Positions 1-10,067 of a stretch of DNA of 64,000 nt are shown piece by piece. Position 1 is the stretch's first letter; each line of letters opens with the position of its first letter. Under the pieces are notes generated by a model, which was given only the letters and a program-made list of their open reading frames with translations, searched no databases and had not been told where the DNA came from. The translations under genes and the position numbers were made by a program. Source of the DNA: an uncultured Ignavibacteriales bacterium (GTDB taxonomy: Bacteria; Zixibacteria; MSB-5A5; GN15; FEB-12); the NCBI GenBank assembly GCA_964526835.1, contig CAZGMK010000018.1, forward strand, positions 278-64,277. Direction: 5' to 3'.

Positions 1-339
1 GGACTGGATATGTCACTTCGCGAGCGCGGCGTGACAATGCTATCCTATCCGAAGCCGGTATCGGAATCTGTTCTAAGAGGAGAGACCATTACACTTCAAG
101 CCAAAGTTGTCCCGAGACCGATCTCTTCATGGAATGCGCTTATCCTGGATGCCGGTCAGCCTGTTCCCCTCTGCATGATTTTCAACCGTGATAGTACATT
201 GCGAATAGTGTCAGACGAGTGGTTTGATCGAGCAGACACGCTTGCCCCCAGGGCTTTTCCGCGTGTACCAAAGGGGGTACATTTCCAGGGCCAAATTGAC
301 ATTCCATCTCATGGTCATCCTGAGTGGATTTTCGAGTGA
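1..339 (+). CDS. hypothetical protein, possibly the 3' end of a gene starting upstream of the window
   Basis: The frame is open from base 1 (G-L-D precede the first Met at 10) to the stop at 337-339. No motif recognised. Same strand as the next gene, 52 nt upstream of it. Confidence 0.3.
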   Translation, partial: GLDMSLRERGVTMLSYPKPVSESVLRGETITLQAKVVPRPISSWNALILDAGQPVPLCMIFNRDSTLRIVSDEWFDRADTLAPRAFPRVPKGVHFQGQIDIPSHGHPEWIFE

Positions 340-391
340 AGAGAAACATAGCAACTTATTGGGCCCGATAGGCCGGTCTGGAGCGAACAGA

Positions 392-3300
392 ATGAGGAAT
401 AGTCGTTCAATAGCAACAGCGTTGACATTAATCTTGTCCGCACTTACGCCGCAAGGCGGCGAGCCGGCTGCAGCTACTGAGGTGGTTGTAGCGGCGTCGC
501 TGAAAGTGAAGCCTGAATCCGCAGAACAGCTGGTTTCTGTTACTGATGCAGGCGATACCGCAGTAATGACGTGTTCGTACTACGTTCCCACGGGCTACTG
601 CCCGACTGGACTGAGGGTGAAACGCGCCGCCAGAGCTAACGTGAACCGCATGGGGCGATCGTTCTCCCTCAGGTCGAGTTCGCCGGTGTCCATCTCCTCA
701 GAGTCCGGGATTATCAGATTGACGGAGGTAAGGAAGTTCCGAGGACACTGCATTGCAGAAGTTGCGCTACGGCCGGTTCTGCGATCCGGAGATTCAACCA
801 TTGTGGTTTCAGACATCGAGTTTGAGATCGTCTGCACCCCGGACGATGTCCACGGCACTGCCATACGAAATGATGAGTTCACACTTCGAGTGCTCAGTGA
901 GATGGTTGAAAACCGCAATGATCTGGCTGCATTTAGAGAGCAGTTTAGAACGGGGCCGAAGGTGTCGGCTTCAACCTCTGACTCAGTGCCATGCGCAATC
1001 ATCACCCCAAATGCCATGCGTCCGCAGTTCGAAGAGTACGCCGAGTTCTTGACGCGATCCGGTACTCGCACCTATGTGATGCCCCTGGAGGTAATCGATG
1101 CCACCTACCCGGGAGACAGCATCCAGCAGCGTGTCAGGAACTACATTCGAGAGTGCTACAATGAGAGATATGTTGACTGGATCATTCTGGCTGCCGACAT
1201 CGATGCCATCCCCCAGATGTTGGTTTCCTATCTCGGCGAGCCGATTGCCACAGACCAATTCTATTCATGCCTGGACTACGAGTGGAACGAGAATGGGAAT
1301 ACACTGTTTGGCGAACCAACCTATAAGGGGGATACTGTCGACTATGATCCGGACGTATTCGTGGGGCGGATCCCATGTTCGACTTCGGAACAAGCAGAGC
1401 TAGTCATAGATAAGCTTGTCGCCTATCAGAGCGACACAACAGCCCGAGGCTACCAAACTAATGGACTATTTTCGGGCACAAACATTGCATTTTCATATTT
1501 TGACGGCAAGGGCGAGTATGACTGGGACAACTTGGACCTTCTTTACGATATGAAGGCCATCGTAGACGGAAAGGGCTTCAACACGGTGATGCGGTACGAG
1601 GCAGACTCGGTTCTGGTTATGCAGGACCTGCAGAGCGGCTATGGTCTCTTTGTTAGCAGTGGCATGGCGTCTAGTCCGGCGGACTTCCACACGAAGTACA
1701 GCACTTACCCTGGAGGCCATGAGTGGATCGAGCACTGGTGGCTCAGGGATCAGATGTCCGATGCGGATGAGTTCACAGTCTTCTTCAACTTCACCTGTTT
1801 CAGCACAGCGTTGTCCGCTGACTCCTGCACCGCGCGATCGTTCATGTTGAGTCAGCCCGGAGGAGGGGTGGGGTACGTTGGCTCTTCCTTCTACAGCTGG
1901 TCCGCAAGAATCTATCCGGACTTTCATATTGAGCTGTTGGACGTTATCTTCAACAATGGCACTACGCGGCTCGGTCAGGCACTCGCTGAATCGAAACTCC
2001 TGCTCACCCCCCCGGATGTCTATACGGACAACTATCGCAGGACCGCTATCTTCGCTTATCAGTATCTTGGTGATCCACAGATGCCACTTTGGACAGGCGA
2101 GGCCAAGGTGTTTGACATGGATTGCCCTGATACACTTGATGAGGGGCATCAGGTTTTCGCCGTTACAGTTCACGAGGCTCTTTCGGGCGATCCAGTAGAG
2201 AACGCTAAGGTGTGCTTGAGATTCGGGCAGGAGACAATATACCAAATAGACTACAGTGATTCTCAGGGGCGAGCCGCATTCAGCGTGGAATTCCCAACTG
2301 GTGGATACGCTACTGTAGTTACGACGAAACAGAACTTCTTCCGTATCGAGGACACGATTGTGATCGACGGCGCCGCACCCGGCTGCCCCACTCTCTATTC
2401 CTGGGATGGTGAGGAGTACCGACTGGAAAACAACATCCTGGCGCACTGCGAACGCGCCGAAACACAGTACTCGCGTCCAGATTTCTACGCGATGCCGCAT
2501 GTGCACGCGTCGAATGGACGGGTGTATTTGCGAATCCGTGAAGACGAATCCCAGTTGTCAAGCATTGAGTCGATTAGGGGGTTCGCGGTTACGTACGAAG
2601 TATCGGACCAACCTGTGTACACGAATCGAAATCGTTTCCGACGGTTGGCCGGCGAATCCCACAGCCCTGTATCTGCCCTCCACAATGGGCGTGTCGACGT
2701 CACAGGCCTGGTGGCCGGGGACGATGGGGTACTCTTCCGCGACCCGGGCCCCGGTCACTTAATCGTCGAGTACTGCGCATCCAGCCGCGCATTCGCAGGC
2801 AACCGGAAGGGCGACCATCCCCGCGTTCTTGGTGGATCAGGGGGCGGAGGCATTGAGCCCCCTCCAGGTGGCAAGACGCAACAGAAGATCGTCTCAACCA
2901 ACGACGGCTCCGAACGGCTGAGGAATATCATAGACGTCTCAGTATTGCGCGCGGATTCAACATGGGAACTCGTAAACACTGTCTATCCCCGGTTTCGACA
3001 TTATCCGCTATTCACCGAATTGCATGATCACTGTATCGACGGTTGCGTAACGGTCAAGGTGGAGTGGGCTGTCGAAATCGAGATCGATTACCTTCCGTAC
3101 GAAACATTCGATGATGTCGAGCTTGCGCTGACACGTGCCAGGCTAGCATCGGCCTTTCACAGCGACGCCGGAGACGTCACCCCGAATCTGGCGCTGATGA
3201 GTTCCGACGGGATTTCGCTGGCGACTGGTCAGCAGCTAGATCTGCAGTTCGAAGTCGAGGCACCCGGCGTCGATCGCGACCTCGGCTTTGTGTTGGTGAC

Positions 3301-3616
3301 GCGAGGTCTGTACGAAACACCCGGCGAAAACGTAAGCCGCGGGAAGATGTCATTCGATAATTACCCGAATCCGTGTAATCCGGGCACCACCTTCTCATTC
3401 AGTCTGCCTGGCGCCGCTCACGTCGAGCTCGTGATCTACAATGTGCTCGGACAACAAGTGCGAGAGTTGGTCGATAGCCCATATCCTGCGGGTCAACACA
3501 GGATAGGTTGGGACGGCCGGGACAGTTACGGCCGAGAGCTCGCAAGCGGAGTCTATTTCGGCCGATTCAGTGCTGACGGGAAGTCCAGTTCGAAGAAGCT
3601 CGTCCTGTTGAAGTGA
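392..3616 (+). CDS. secreted peptidase C25 (gingipain)-like protein with T9SS C-terminal sorting domain
   Basis: Track ORF 224..3616 trimmed to the Met at 392, where a signal-peptide-like segment starts (MRNSRSIATALTLILSALTP). The central segment WIILAADIDAIPQ...TDQFYSCLDY...DPDVFVGRIPCSTSEQAELVIDKLVAYQ fits the C25 family pattern. The last ~85 aa (NYPNPCNPGTTFSFSLP..VELVIYNVLGQQVREL..GVYFGRF..KKLVLLK) is a typical T9SS/FlgD-Ig-like sorting domain. Confidence 0.75.
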   Translation: MRNSRSIATALTLILSALTPQGGEPAAATEVVVAASLKVKPESAEQLVSVTDAGDTAVMTCSYYVPTGYCPTGLRVKRAARANVNRMGRSFSLRSSSPVSISSESGIIRLTEVRKFRGHCIAEVALRPVLRSGDSTIVVSDIEFEIVCTPDDVHGTAIRNDEFTLRVLSEMVENRNDLAAFREQFRTGPKVSASTSDSVPCAIITPNAMRPQFEEYAEFLTRSGTRTYVMPLEVIDATYPGDSIQQRVRNYIRECYNERYVDWIILAADIDAIPQMLVSYLGEPIATDQFYSCLDYEWNENGNTLFGEPTYKGDTVDYDPDVFVGRIPCSTSEQAELVIDKLVAYQSDTTARGYQTNGLFSGTNIAFSYFDGKGEYDWDNLDLLYDMKAIVDGKGFNTVMRYEADSVLVMQDLQSGYGLFVSSGMASSPADFHTKYSTYPGGHEWIEHWWLRDQMSDADEFTVFFNFTCFSTALSADSCTARSFMLSQPGGGVGYVGSSFYSWSARIYPDFHIELLDVIFNNGTTRLGQALAESKLLLTPPDVYTDNYRRTAIFAYQYLGDPQMPLWTGEAKVFDMDCPDTLDEGHQVFAVTVHEALSGDPVENAKVCLRFGQETIYQIDYSDSQGRAAFSVEFPTGGYATVVTTKQNFFRIEDTIVIDGAAPGCPTLYSWDGEEYRLENNILAHCERAETQYSRPDFYAMPHVHASNGRVYLRIREDESQLSSIESIRGFAVTYEVSDQPVYTNRNRFRRLAGESHSPVSALHNGRVDVTGLVAGDDGVLFRDPGPGHLIVEYCASSRAFAGNRKGDHPRVLGGSGGGGIEPPPGGKTQQKIVSTNDGSERLRNIIDVSVLRADSTWELVNTVYPRFRHYPLFTELHDHCIDGCVTVKVEWAVEIEIDYLPYETFDDVELALTRARLASAFHSDAGDVTPNLALMSSDGISLATGQQLDLQFEVEAPGVDRDLGFVLVTRGLYETPGENVSRGKMSFDNYPNPCNPGTTFSFSLPGAAHVELVIYNVLGQQVRELVDSPYPAGQHRIGWDGRDSYGRELASGVYFGRFSADGKSSSKKLVLLK

Positions 3617-3678
3617 CAGTCCTGGTGAATCACTTCTAAACAACCATTTACGCCTATCGTCGTTGTCATTCAGCAAGG

Positions 3679-3706
3679 AGCCGGGCCCCGAAAGCAGAGC
3701 CCGGCT
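3679..3706. terminator. hairpin between convergent genes (possible bidirectional terminator)
   Basis: AGCCGGGC (3679-3686) pairs with GCCCGGCT (3699-3706) around a 12-nt loop. It lies between the C25-like gene stop (3616) and the secF stop (3736). There is no clear U-tract. Confidence 0.4.
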
Positions 3707-3735
3707 TCTGATGCCGAAGGTGAAACGTATCGATT

Positions 3736-4671
3736 CTACTTGAACCGCTTCGGGCGGCGGGCCTCCCACTCAACTACAATCGGACTGGCAACAAACATCG
3801 AGCTGTAAGTACCCACGATCACACCCAGGATGAGGGCGATCGAGAAGGTCCGCAGGACCGTCCCGCCAAGAATGAACAGCGATCCCACGACGATCAGAGT
3901 GGTCAGCGAGGTGTTGATCGTACGCGAAAGGACCTCATTGATCGACGAATTGACCGCACCGGCGAACTGGCCCTTGGTGCGGAACCTCTTGATGTTCTCC
4001 CGGATACGGTCGAACACTACCACCGTGTCGGTCAGCGAGTACCCCGCCAGCGTCAGCAGTGCAGTAATCAGGAGCAGGTCGAACTCAATTCCCATAAGAT
4101 AGGTGATGCCGAGTACCACCAGCACGTCGTGGAAGGTAGCAATCGTTGCGGCGATACCGCTTCGAAAATCGAAGCGAATCCAGATGTAAACGACAATACC
4201 CAGCAGCGACAACAGCACGGCTTTCTGGGCGTCCGCCCGCAGCGATTCGCCGACCGCCGGACCAATGATGTGTTCGGAGTCGACGCTGAAGTTGTTGTCT
4301 GCGAATGACTGGGCTATGAGCTCCTGCATGCGTTCGGAACGCTCCATGCCCTCTTCTTCCGACTCCGGCTGCTTGACCTTCAGGATGAAGGCATTGGGTT
4401 TTTCGAAGCCCTCCAGCCGGGTTATGGCGGCATCGGGGAATTCCGGTGCGATGACAGCCCGGAGTCCCTCGATTTCAACCGGCTGATCAAAATAGCCGAT
4501 GATCATGGTTCCTCCGGCGAAGTCGATACCGAGGTTGGCCTTACCCGTGATCACCATGGTCAGGGCGAACAAACCCAGAGCCAGCAGCGCCAGTGAAATC
4601 ACGAAAGCGATTTTCCGGGCGCCGATGAAGTTGATGTTGGTGTCTCCAACTAAGCGAAACATAAGTAGCAC
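3736..4671 (-). CDS. secF: protein translocase subunit SecF
   Basis: 311-aa polytopic membrane protein with the SecF-type block TLAGYSLTDTVVVFDRIRENI...INEVLSRTINTSLTT. It starts 7 nt downstream of secD. Confidence 0.95.
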   Translation of the reverse strand: MLLMFRLVGDTNINFIGARKIAFVISLALLALGLFALTMVITGKANLGIDFAGGTMIIGYFDQPVEIEGLRAVIAPEFPDAAITRLEGFEKPNAFILKVKQPESEEEGMERSERMQELIAQSFADNNFSVDSEHIIGPAVGESLRADAQKAVLLSLLGIVVYIWIRFDFRSGIAATIATFHDVLVVLGITYLMGIEFDLLLITALLTLAGYSLTDTVVVFDRIRENIKRFRTKGQFAGAVNSSINEVLSRTINTSLTTLIVVGSLFILGGTVLRTFSIALILGVIVGTYSSMFVASPIVVEWEARRPKRFK

Positions 4672-4678
4672 CCTTTCC

Positions 4679-6451
4679 TTAGATACTCAGCGTCCGGTAG
4701 CCTTTGCGGAAGTCGAACACCTGCTTGGTGATGACAAAGGCCGTGTAAAGTGAGATCACGATACCCCAGAACAGAGTGACCGCAAAGCCCTTGATCGGCC
4801 CGCTGCCCAACAAGAACAGCGCTCCGGCTGTAATCAGGGTGGTCACATGGGAGTCGAAAATCGCCACGAAGGCGCGCTCATAACCGGCATCGATCGATGC
4901 TCGAACGGTCTTCCCGGTGCGTAACTCCTCGCGGATACGCTCGAAGATCAGAACGTTCGAGTCGACCGACATACCAATGGTGAGAATAATCCCCGCTATA
5001 CCCGGCATAGTCAGGGTGGCGTGCAGCGCCGACATGACCGCCAGCAGGAAGAAGATATTGAACAAAAGGCCGATATCGGCGATGACTCCCGACAGACGGT
5101 AGTAAATGCCTATAAACAGAAGCACCAGGGTTAGTCCGATCAGAGAGGCCCGGAAGCCTTTTTGGATGGAATCCGCTCCCAGCGAGGCCCCGACCACGTT
5201 CTTCTCGATGATTTCGACCGGGGCCGGCAGGGCGCCGGCCTTGAGGACGATCTCGAGATTTCGGGCATCCTCAATTTGAGCCGTACCGCCCATTGTAATC
5301 TGGCCGCGGCGACGGATCTTCGAGTTGATGAAGGGGGCCGACTCCACCCTGTCGTCGAGCACGATAGCCAACGGCTTGTCGATATTCGAACCGGTCAGGG
5401 TGGCGAAGATGCTGGCGCCCTCTCCGGAGAGTGCAAAGTTGACCACGAATCCGCCCATGTTGTCGCGTCCCAGGGCGATATTCTCAAGGTACTTGCCCAG
5501 GAACTGAACCTTACGCTTGAGTACATAGAGCAGGAAGACCTCGCGGCCGCTACGAACTTCCGAGCGGGTCGACCAGGCAAACTGCATGTCGATCGGGATG
5601 ACGTTCTTTACCTCCGGCAGCTCCAGCCACCGGTTGATGCGCTCACGATCTCTCTTGGAGACCGCAAAGGCCGGCCAGGCAGTGGCGGTTCGGCTGGAGT
5701 ACATGGCCGGTTCCAATCGGACGGTGAACGGGTTCTCACCCTCCTCAGCGACGCTGGTGTCATCCATACCGAACAAGGCCGCGGTGTCGACCGATGAATC
5801 GCCGGACAGCGCCTGCATGAGGTCAACATCCTTCTTCGCCGCCTCCACCGTGTCCTGGGCCTCCAGGGCCTCGGCAATATTGAGATCTTGCTGGTCGATG
5901 TCGACATCCTCGGCGGTGACGTCCTCTTCCTCCGGGACAATATCAGCAGCCTCTGTCTTTTCCAGGTGCTGAGCTACCACCGAGTCGATCTTGGCCAGTA
6001 TGAGGTTGGCATTGTCCATGCTCTCCATGAGCTTGAATTGCAGCAAGGCTGTCTGACCGATGAGTTCCTCAGCTCGGTTGGCGTCAGTATAGCCGGGCAG
6101 ATCGACGACTATACGGTCGGTTCCCTGCTTGACAATGGTTGGCTCAGCCACCCCGAGGCCGTCGACACGATTGCGAATTATCTGCATGGCTCGATCGACC
6201 GCGTCCTCAGCCGCGCCCTTGTCCAGTTCCTCGAGCTTGACCCGCAGGACCACGTGGATTCCACCCTGCAAGTCCAGGCCGAGACGAATCGCGTCCTCGC
6301 GAATGGCCTGGAGCTCACCGGGGTTCTGCTGCTCCATGCGAGCCATTTTCTCTTCGCTCATTGTCCACAGCCGGAATGTGTCCCAGAAGGCGATAATCGC
6401 AAGGACGATTAACACTCCGGTGATAACAATGCGCCAGTTTTGTTTGGACAT
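4679..6451 (-). CDS. secD: protein translocase subunit SecD
   Basis: 590 aa with an N-terminal TM segment, a large periplasmic domain and a C-terminal TM block containing GMSVDSNVLIFERIREEL. Followed by secF. Confidence 0.95.
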   Translation of the reverse strand: MSKQNWRIVITGVLIVLAIIAFWDTFRLWTMSEEKMARMEQQNPGELQAIREDAIRLGLDLQGGIHVVLRVKLEELDKGAAEDAVDRAMQIIRNRVDGLGVAEPTIVKQGTDRIVVDLPGYTDANRAEELIGQTALLQFKLMESMDNANLILAKIDSVVAQHLEKTEAADIVPEEEDVTAEDVDIDQQDLNIAEALEAQDTVEAAKKDVDLMQALSGDSSVDTAALFGMDDTSVAEEGENPFTVRLEPAMYSSRTATAWPAFAVSKRDRERINRWLELPEVKNVIPIDMQFAWSTRSEVRSGREVFLLYVLKRKVQFLGKYLENIALGRDNMGGFVVNFALSGEGASIFATLTGSNIDKPLAIVLDDRVESAPFINSKIRRRGQITMGGTAQIEDARNLEIVLKAGALPAPVEIIEKNVVGASLGADSIQKGFRASLIGLTLVLLFIGIYYRLSGVIADIGLLFNIFFLLAVMSALHATLTMPGIAGIILTIGMSVDSNVLIFERIREELRTGKTVRASIDAGYERAFVAIFDSHVTTLITAGALFLLGSGPIKGFAVTLFWGIVISLYTAFVITKQVFDFRKGYRTLSI

Positions 6452-6565
6452 AGACTACCCTTTCTAAGTCAGTCCGTTTCTATGGCTGTTTCCGTTGAAT
6501 TCGATGCAGATGTGCAGACGACGACGCTTCAGCGCCGGATGCGTCGTCTGCCGAGAAATCCGGCG

Positions 6566-7024
6566 TTAAGAAGTACCGGAGGGGCGGGCGCCGACCAGAG
6601 TGAGCCGTTGTCCCAAATGGGAGTCGATCAGACAGGGAGATGTCTGAGTACGCTCCAGCCTGACCGTCAGGATGGGACGTGGAGTCTCGGTCGAAGGCTG
6701 TATCGGGGCCTGGCGAATTCGGTTCTCGGTCTTGTCCGGCAGCGGTAGGATGACCGGTGTCAGGTGCTGAGGGTGTAGGGGAAGCCGGGAATGGCTGCCG
6801 CGATTCATGTTGCCGGCCGGACATGCCGTCTCCGCGGCCGGATCGGCCTCGACTGCGCTCATCGATTCGCCTTCAGACCGACAGGTAGTTACGCCGGAAG
6901 TCGAGTCCAGATCGGCGGCGAGCTGCTCCACCGAACCGCCCACAGCCGATACCAGAACACTCAGGACCAGCAGGATCAGGCCCAAGCGACTGTATTCGAC
7001 GATCTGGCGGCTCAGTTCTTTCAT
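6566..7024 (-). CDS. hypothetical membrane-anchored protein
   Basis: Track ORF trimmed to the Met at 7024 (MKELSRQIVEYSRLGLILLVLSVLVSAVGG, one TM). A consensus promoter and an AAGGG Shine-Dalgarno lie just upstream. The 5' part has high GC3, but the Pro/Ser/Thr/Arg-rich C-terminal half looks weakly coding, so the 3' end is uncertain. It sits where yajC often lies but is not YajC-like. Confidence 0.45.
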   Translation of the reverse strand: MKELSRQIVEYSRLGLILLVLSVLVSAVGGSVEQLAADLDSTSGVTTCRSEGESMSAVEADPAAETACPAGNMNRGSHSRLPLHPQHLTPVILPLPDKTENRIRQAPIQPSTETPRPILTVRLERTQTSPCLIDSHLGQRLTLVGARPSGTS

Positions 7025-7051
7025 CCAATTACCCTTAGGTCCAATCCATCC

Positions 7052-7079
7052 ATTATACGCTAACATCCGGTATTGTCAA
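7052..7079 (-). promoter_or_regulatory. sigma70-type promoter (TTGACA-16-TATAAT) for the hypothetical gene, possibly also secDF
   Basis: On the minus strand, TTGACA (7079-7074), a 16-nt spacer and TATAAT (7057-7052). Both hexamers are perfect consensus. It lies ~28 nt upstream of the ATG at 7024. Confidence 0.55.
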
Positions 7080-7096
7080 ATCAAATCGGGCCGAGC

Positions 7097-7125
7097 TTGA
7101 CAGCCGGCGCGCCGGACGGTAAGAT
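7097..7125 (+). promoter_or_regulatory. sigma70-type promoter for the M16 peptidase gene
   Basis: TTGACA (7097-7102), a 17-nt spacer and TAAGAT (7120-7125), 70 nt upstream of the ATG at 7196. Confidence 0.5.
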
Positions 7126-7195
7126 TTCACGCAACATTAACCAACGATTGGCTGCGAGCAGCCTCGCTTGAGTCAACTAGTTAAGGGATCGACTA

Positions 7196-9952
7196 ATGTC
7201 CATATTCTCTGAAGCCGACTTCCGCCGTATCGGTCGGCTGGCGGTGTGCAGCCTGTTGCTTATTTTGATCGCCTCAGCTGTTCCGGCGCAGGATCAGGTC
7301 ATGCGTCTGGACAACGGTATGAAGGTGATTCTGCGGGAGAATCACGCCTCGCCGATGGTGGCCTCGGTCATCTTCGTCCGATCCGGGAGCAAATATGAGT
7401 CCCGCTTCGAGAACGGTATCACTCATCTGCTGGAACACCTGCTGTTTGACGGCACCGCGCACAAGAGCCGACTGGACATTGACCGGGGAATCCGCGATCT
7501 GGGCGGGTACATTAACGCCTTCACCCGCAAAGATCTGACCGCCTATCTGGTGCTCATGCCGAAGCAGTATATCGACTATGGGCTAACCACCCAGGCCGAT
7601 ATGCTGTTCAACTCGGTTTTTCCCGAGGATGAACTGGCGAAAGAACGCAAGGTCGTCATTGAGGAGATTCGCCAGGAGGCGGACCGTCCCGGTCGCGCCG
7701 CCAGGGAGTTCTTCACCGCGAAGGCCTACAACGGAACCGATTATGCCCGTCCGGTGCTGGGTTACGAGTCGATCATTGAGAATATCCCGCGAGAGGCGAT
7801 CATCAGGTACTGGAAAGAGAACTACCGCCCGGGAAACATGACAGCGCTGGTGGTCGGGGACTTTCAACCGGAAGTAATGAAGACGATCGTGACGAACATC
7901 TTCGGCTCTATCCCCGACAGCCTGCCGCCCACGAAGCTCGAACCAGCGAGCATCTTCGACACGCCGCCGACTCCGCCCAGACAACACCGGTACGACACTG
8001 TGGCCAGTGTCGGTCAGACTCATATAGACTTCTCCTTCGCGGCTCCTCCGATTCAGGATTCAGCCTGGCTGGCGATGGATTTGCTTGCCCGCTTTCTCGA
8101 CATGGAAGCGGTCTCGCCGCTGGTCACCGCCCTGGTGGAGGGCGAGAATCCACCGGCCTCGGAGGTCAGTGTTGACCTTATGCCCTACAGTGGATTCTCG
8201 CGGCTGGAAGTCTCGATCATTACCAGTGAGGCGGATCGGCGTGATGAGATCATCGACACGACTCTGGCGATCATACAGCGGACTCCGGCTATGACTGTTG
8301 ATACCGGTCTGGTGGCCGGAATCAGGACCTCGATTCGGGCCGATGACATCTACTCCTCCGAGAAGCTTCACTACTACGGGTTCACCATAGCTTCATACAT
8401 GGCCACCGCCGGCTGGGGTTTTGTCGCCGGGTACGCCGAGCGGATGCAGGAGGTAACCTGGCCGCAGGCACGGCTGGTCGCCGAAAAGTGGCTGGCCCGG
8501 CCATCCTATGTCGTGACGACAGTCCGCCCCGCCGACAGTACAGCCGGCTCACCCTACGAACCCGAGACCATTAGTAGGGAGGAGGTAGCAGGGCATCTCG
8601 ATACAGTTTCCTTCGTCCCGGTCGACGTCGGGGAGATTCACCCGCTGGAGTATCCAGATACTGATTCGGTGGATTTCCAGTGGACCGAGAAGGCCGGGTT
8701 TTACCGCGAAGTACTCCCCAACGGCCTGACCGTGGTCATCAAGTCCGACTCGACCAGCCAGGTATTCGCAATGAATGTCCTCGGCAGGCAGCGGACTCTG
8801 ATGGAGCCCGCGGGCAAAGCCGGCGTTACGGACTTCGTCGATCACATGCTCGAGCGCGGCTCGACCACCCGGGATGCGGCGCAGCTAGCGGCGGAGCTGT
8901 CGCGCATCGGCGCCCAGGTAACACTTCACGACAATCCATGGATTCCCTTTGACGATCGCTATACGACGAGGATGTATTCATTCCTGAAATTCGAGACAAT
9001 CGAAGACTACGCGGCTGAGGGATATGAGCTGTTCATCGACATGATCCTGAATCCGGCATTCGATCCCCTGGAAATCGAGAATGTGAGGAAGCGCCTTCTG
9101 GGAGTCCTGGATCAACAGAGCCGGTCGCCGCGCCGGGTCGCCCGGAGTCTGTTCTACAGCACGCTGTTCGAAAGCAGTTTGTTCGGCAGGCCGATTGAGG
9201 GCGACCAGAAGACCCTTGCGTCGATAACGCGTGACGATCTGATCGAGCACCACCACCGCTTCTACTCTCCCCAGAATATGATAGTGGTCATAGCCACGAC
9301 TCGAGCTCCGAATGAAGTGATCGAGTGGGTGCATCGGACACTTGGCCAGGTGCCGCCGGTTCGCGGGCAAAAGGTCCCGGCTTACGACGGTCCGGAACCG
9401 TTGCTTGAGCGGCGAGACGCGCATGTCGAATCGGCCGGTGAACAGGTGGCCATCTACATGGGAGGGGTATTGCCGGGGGCCAGTCACGAACAGGCTATTC
9501 CCGCGCAAGTGGCTGTCGAGCTGTTATCCAACCGTCTGTTCCGCTCGTTGCGCGAGAAGCAAGGGTTGGCCTATTCGGTCGGGGCCGGGGCCCGGTTCGA
9601 CCGGAGCTTCGGCTGGTACTACAGCGTGATCAGCACCGGGGCGGACAACTATGATCGCGCCTTGCGCGGTCTGATCCTCGAGACCGAGAAGCTGAAGCTC
9701 GACGGCCCGTCCTACGATGAGTTGGCCGGGGCGCGCAACCAGATTTGGGGCAGCCTCGCCTCGGCGCGGCTATCGCGCATCAATCAGGCCTTCTACCTGG
9801 CGGTGGACGAATACTACGGCCGTAAGGTCAACTACACCAAAGAGTTCCTCGAATACCTGCAGGCCGTTGATGTGGGCGCCGTCAGGCGCGTGATGGCTCG
9901 CTGGTTCCATACCGATGCGACAGTTGTGGCCTCGGCCGGGACCAAACGTTAA
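7196..9952 (+). CDS. M16 (pitrilysin) family zinc peptidase, two M16 modules in one polypeptide
   Basis: 918 aa with a signal-like N-terminus. The first half has the inverted zinc motif HxxEH (ITHLLEHLLFDG). The second M16-like half carries the degenerate HMLER. Confidence 0.9.
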   Translation: MSIFSEADFRRIGRLAVCSLLLILIASAVPAQDQVMRLDNGMKVILRENHASPMVASVIFVRSGSKYESRFENGITHLLEHLLFDGTAHKSRLDIDRGIRDLGGYINAFTRKDLTAYLVLMPKQYIDYGLTTQADMLFNSVFPEDELAKERKVVIEEIRQEADRPGRAAREFFTAKAYNGTDYARPVLGYESIIENIPREAIIRYWKENYRPGNMTALVVGDFQPEVMKTIVTNIFGSIPDSLPPTKLEPASIFDTPPTPPRQHRYDTVASVGQTHIDFSFAAPPIQDSAWLAMDLLARFLDMEAVSPLVTALVEGENPPASEVSVDLMPYSGFSRLEVSIITSEADRRDEIIDTTLAIIQRTPAMTVDTGLVAGIRTSIRADDIYSSEKLHYYGFTIASYMATAGWGFVAGYAERMQEVTWPQARLVAEKWLARPSYVVTTVRPADSTAGSPYEPETISREEVAGHLDTVSFVPVDVGEIHPLEYPDTDSVDFQWTEKAGFYREVLPNGLTVVIKSDSTSQVFAMNVLGRQRTLMEPAGKAGVTDFVDHMLERGSTTRDAAQLAAELSRIGAQVTLHDNPWIPFDDRYTTRMYSFLKFETIEDYAAEGYELFIDMILNPAFDPLEIENVRKRLLGVLDQQSRSPRRVARSLFYSTLFESSLFGRPIEGDQKTLASITRDDLIEHHHRFYSPQNMIVVIATTRAPNEVIEWVHRTLGQVPPVRGQKVPAYDGPEPLLERRDAHVESAGEQVAIYMGGVLPGASHEQAIPAQVAVELLSNRLFRSLREKQGLAYSVGAGARFDRSFGWYYSVISTGADNYDRALRGLILETEKLKLDGPSYDELAGARNQIWGSLASARLSRINQAFYLAVDEYYGRKVNYTKEFLEYLQAVDVGAVRRVMARWFHTDATVVASAGTKR

Positions 9953-9998
9953 GATTGTGTTAAGACAGCTTGGGCGGCTGCCTGCGATGTTAAACCGA

Positions 9999-10026
9999 TT
10001 GACTCGCTCGAAGCCCGGTCTATATT
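9999..10026 (+). promoter_or_regulatory. sigma70-type promoter for the Na/Pi cotransporter-PhoU pair
   Basis: TTGACT (9999-10004), a 16-nt spacer and TATATT (10021-10026), 41 nt upstream of the ATG at 10068. Confidence 0.5.
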
Positions 10027-10067
10027 GACACCTGAATGAAGCCAGGGATGCTGCCAACAACGGATCG

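Noticed and set aside
1493-2506. 337-aa ORF on the minus strand
   Set aside because: It is antisense to the C25-like gene and has no motif. It is a GC-rich shadow frame.
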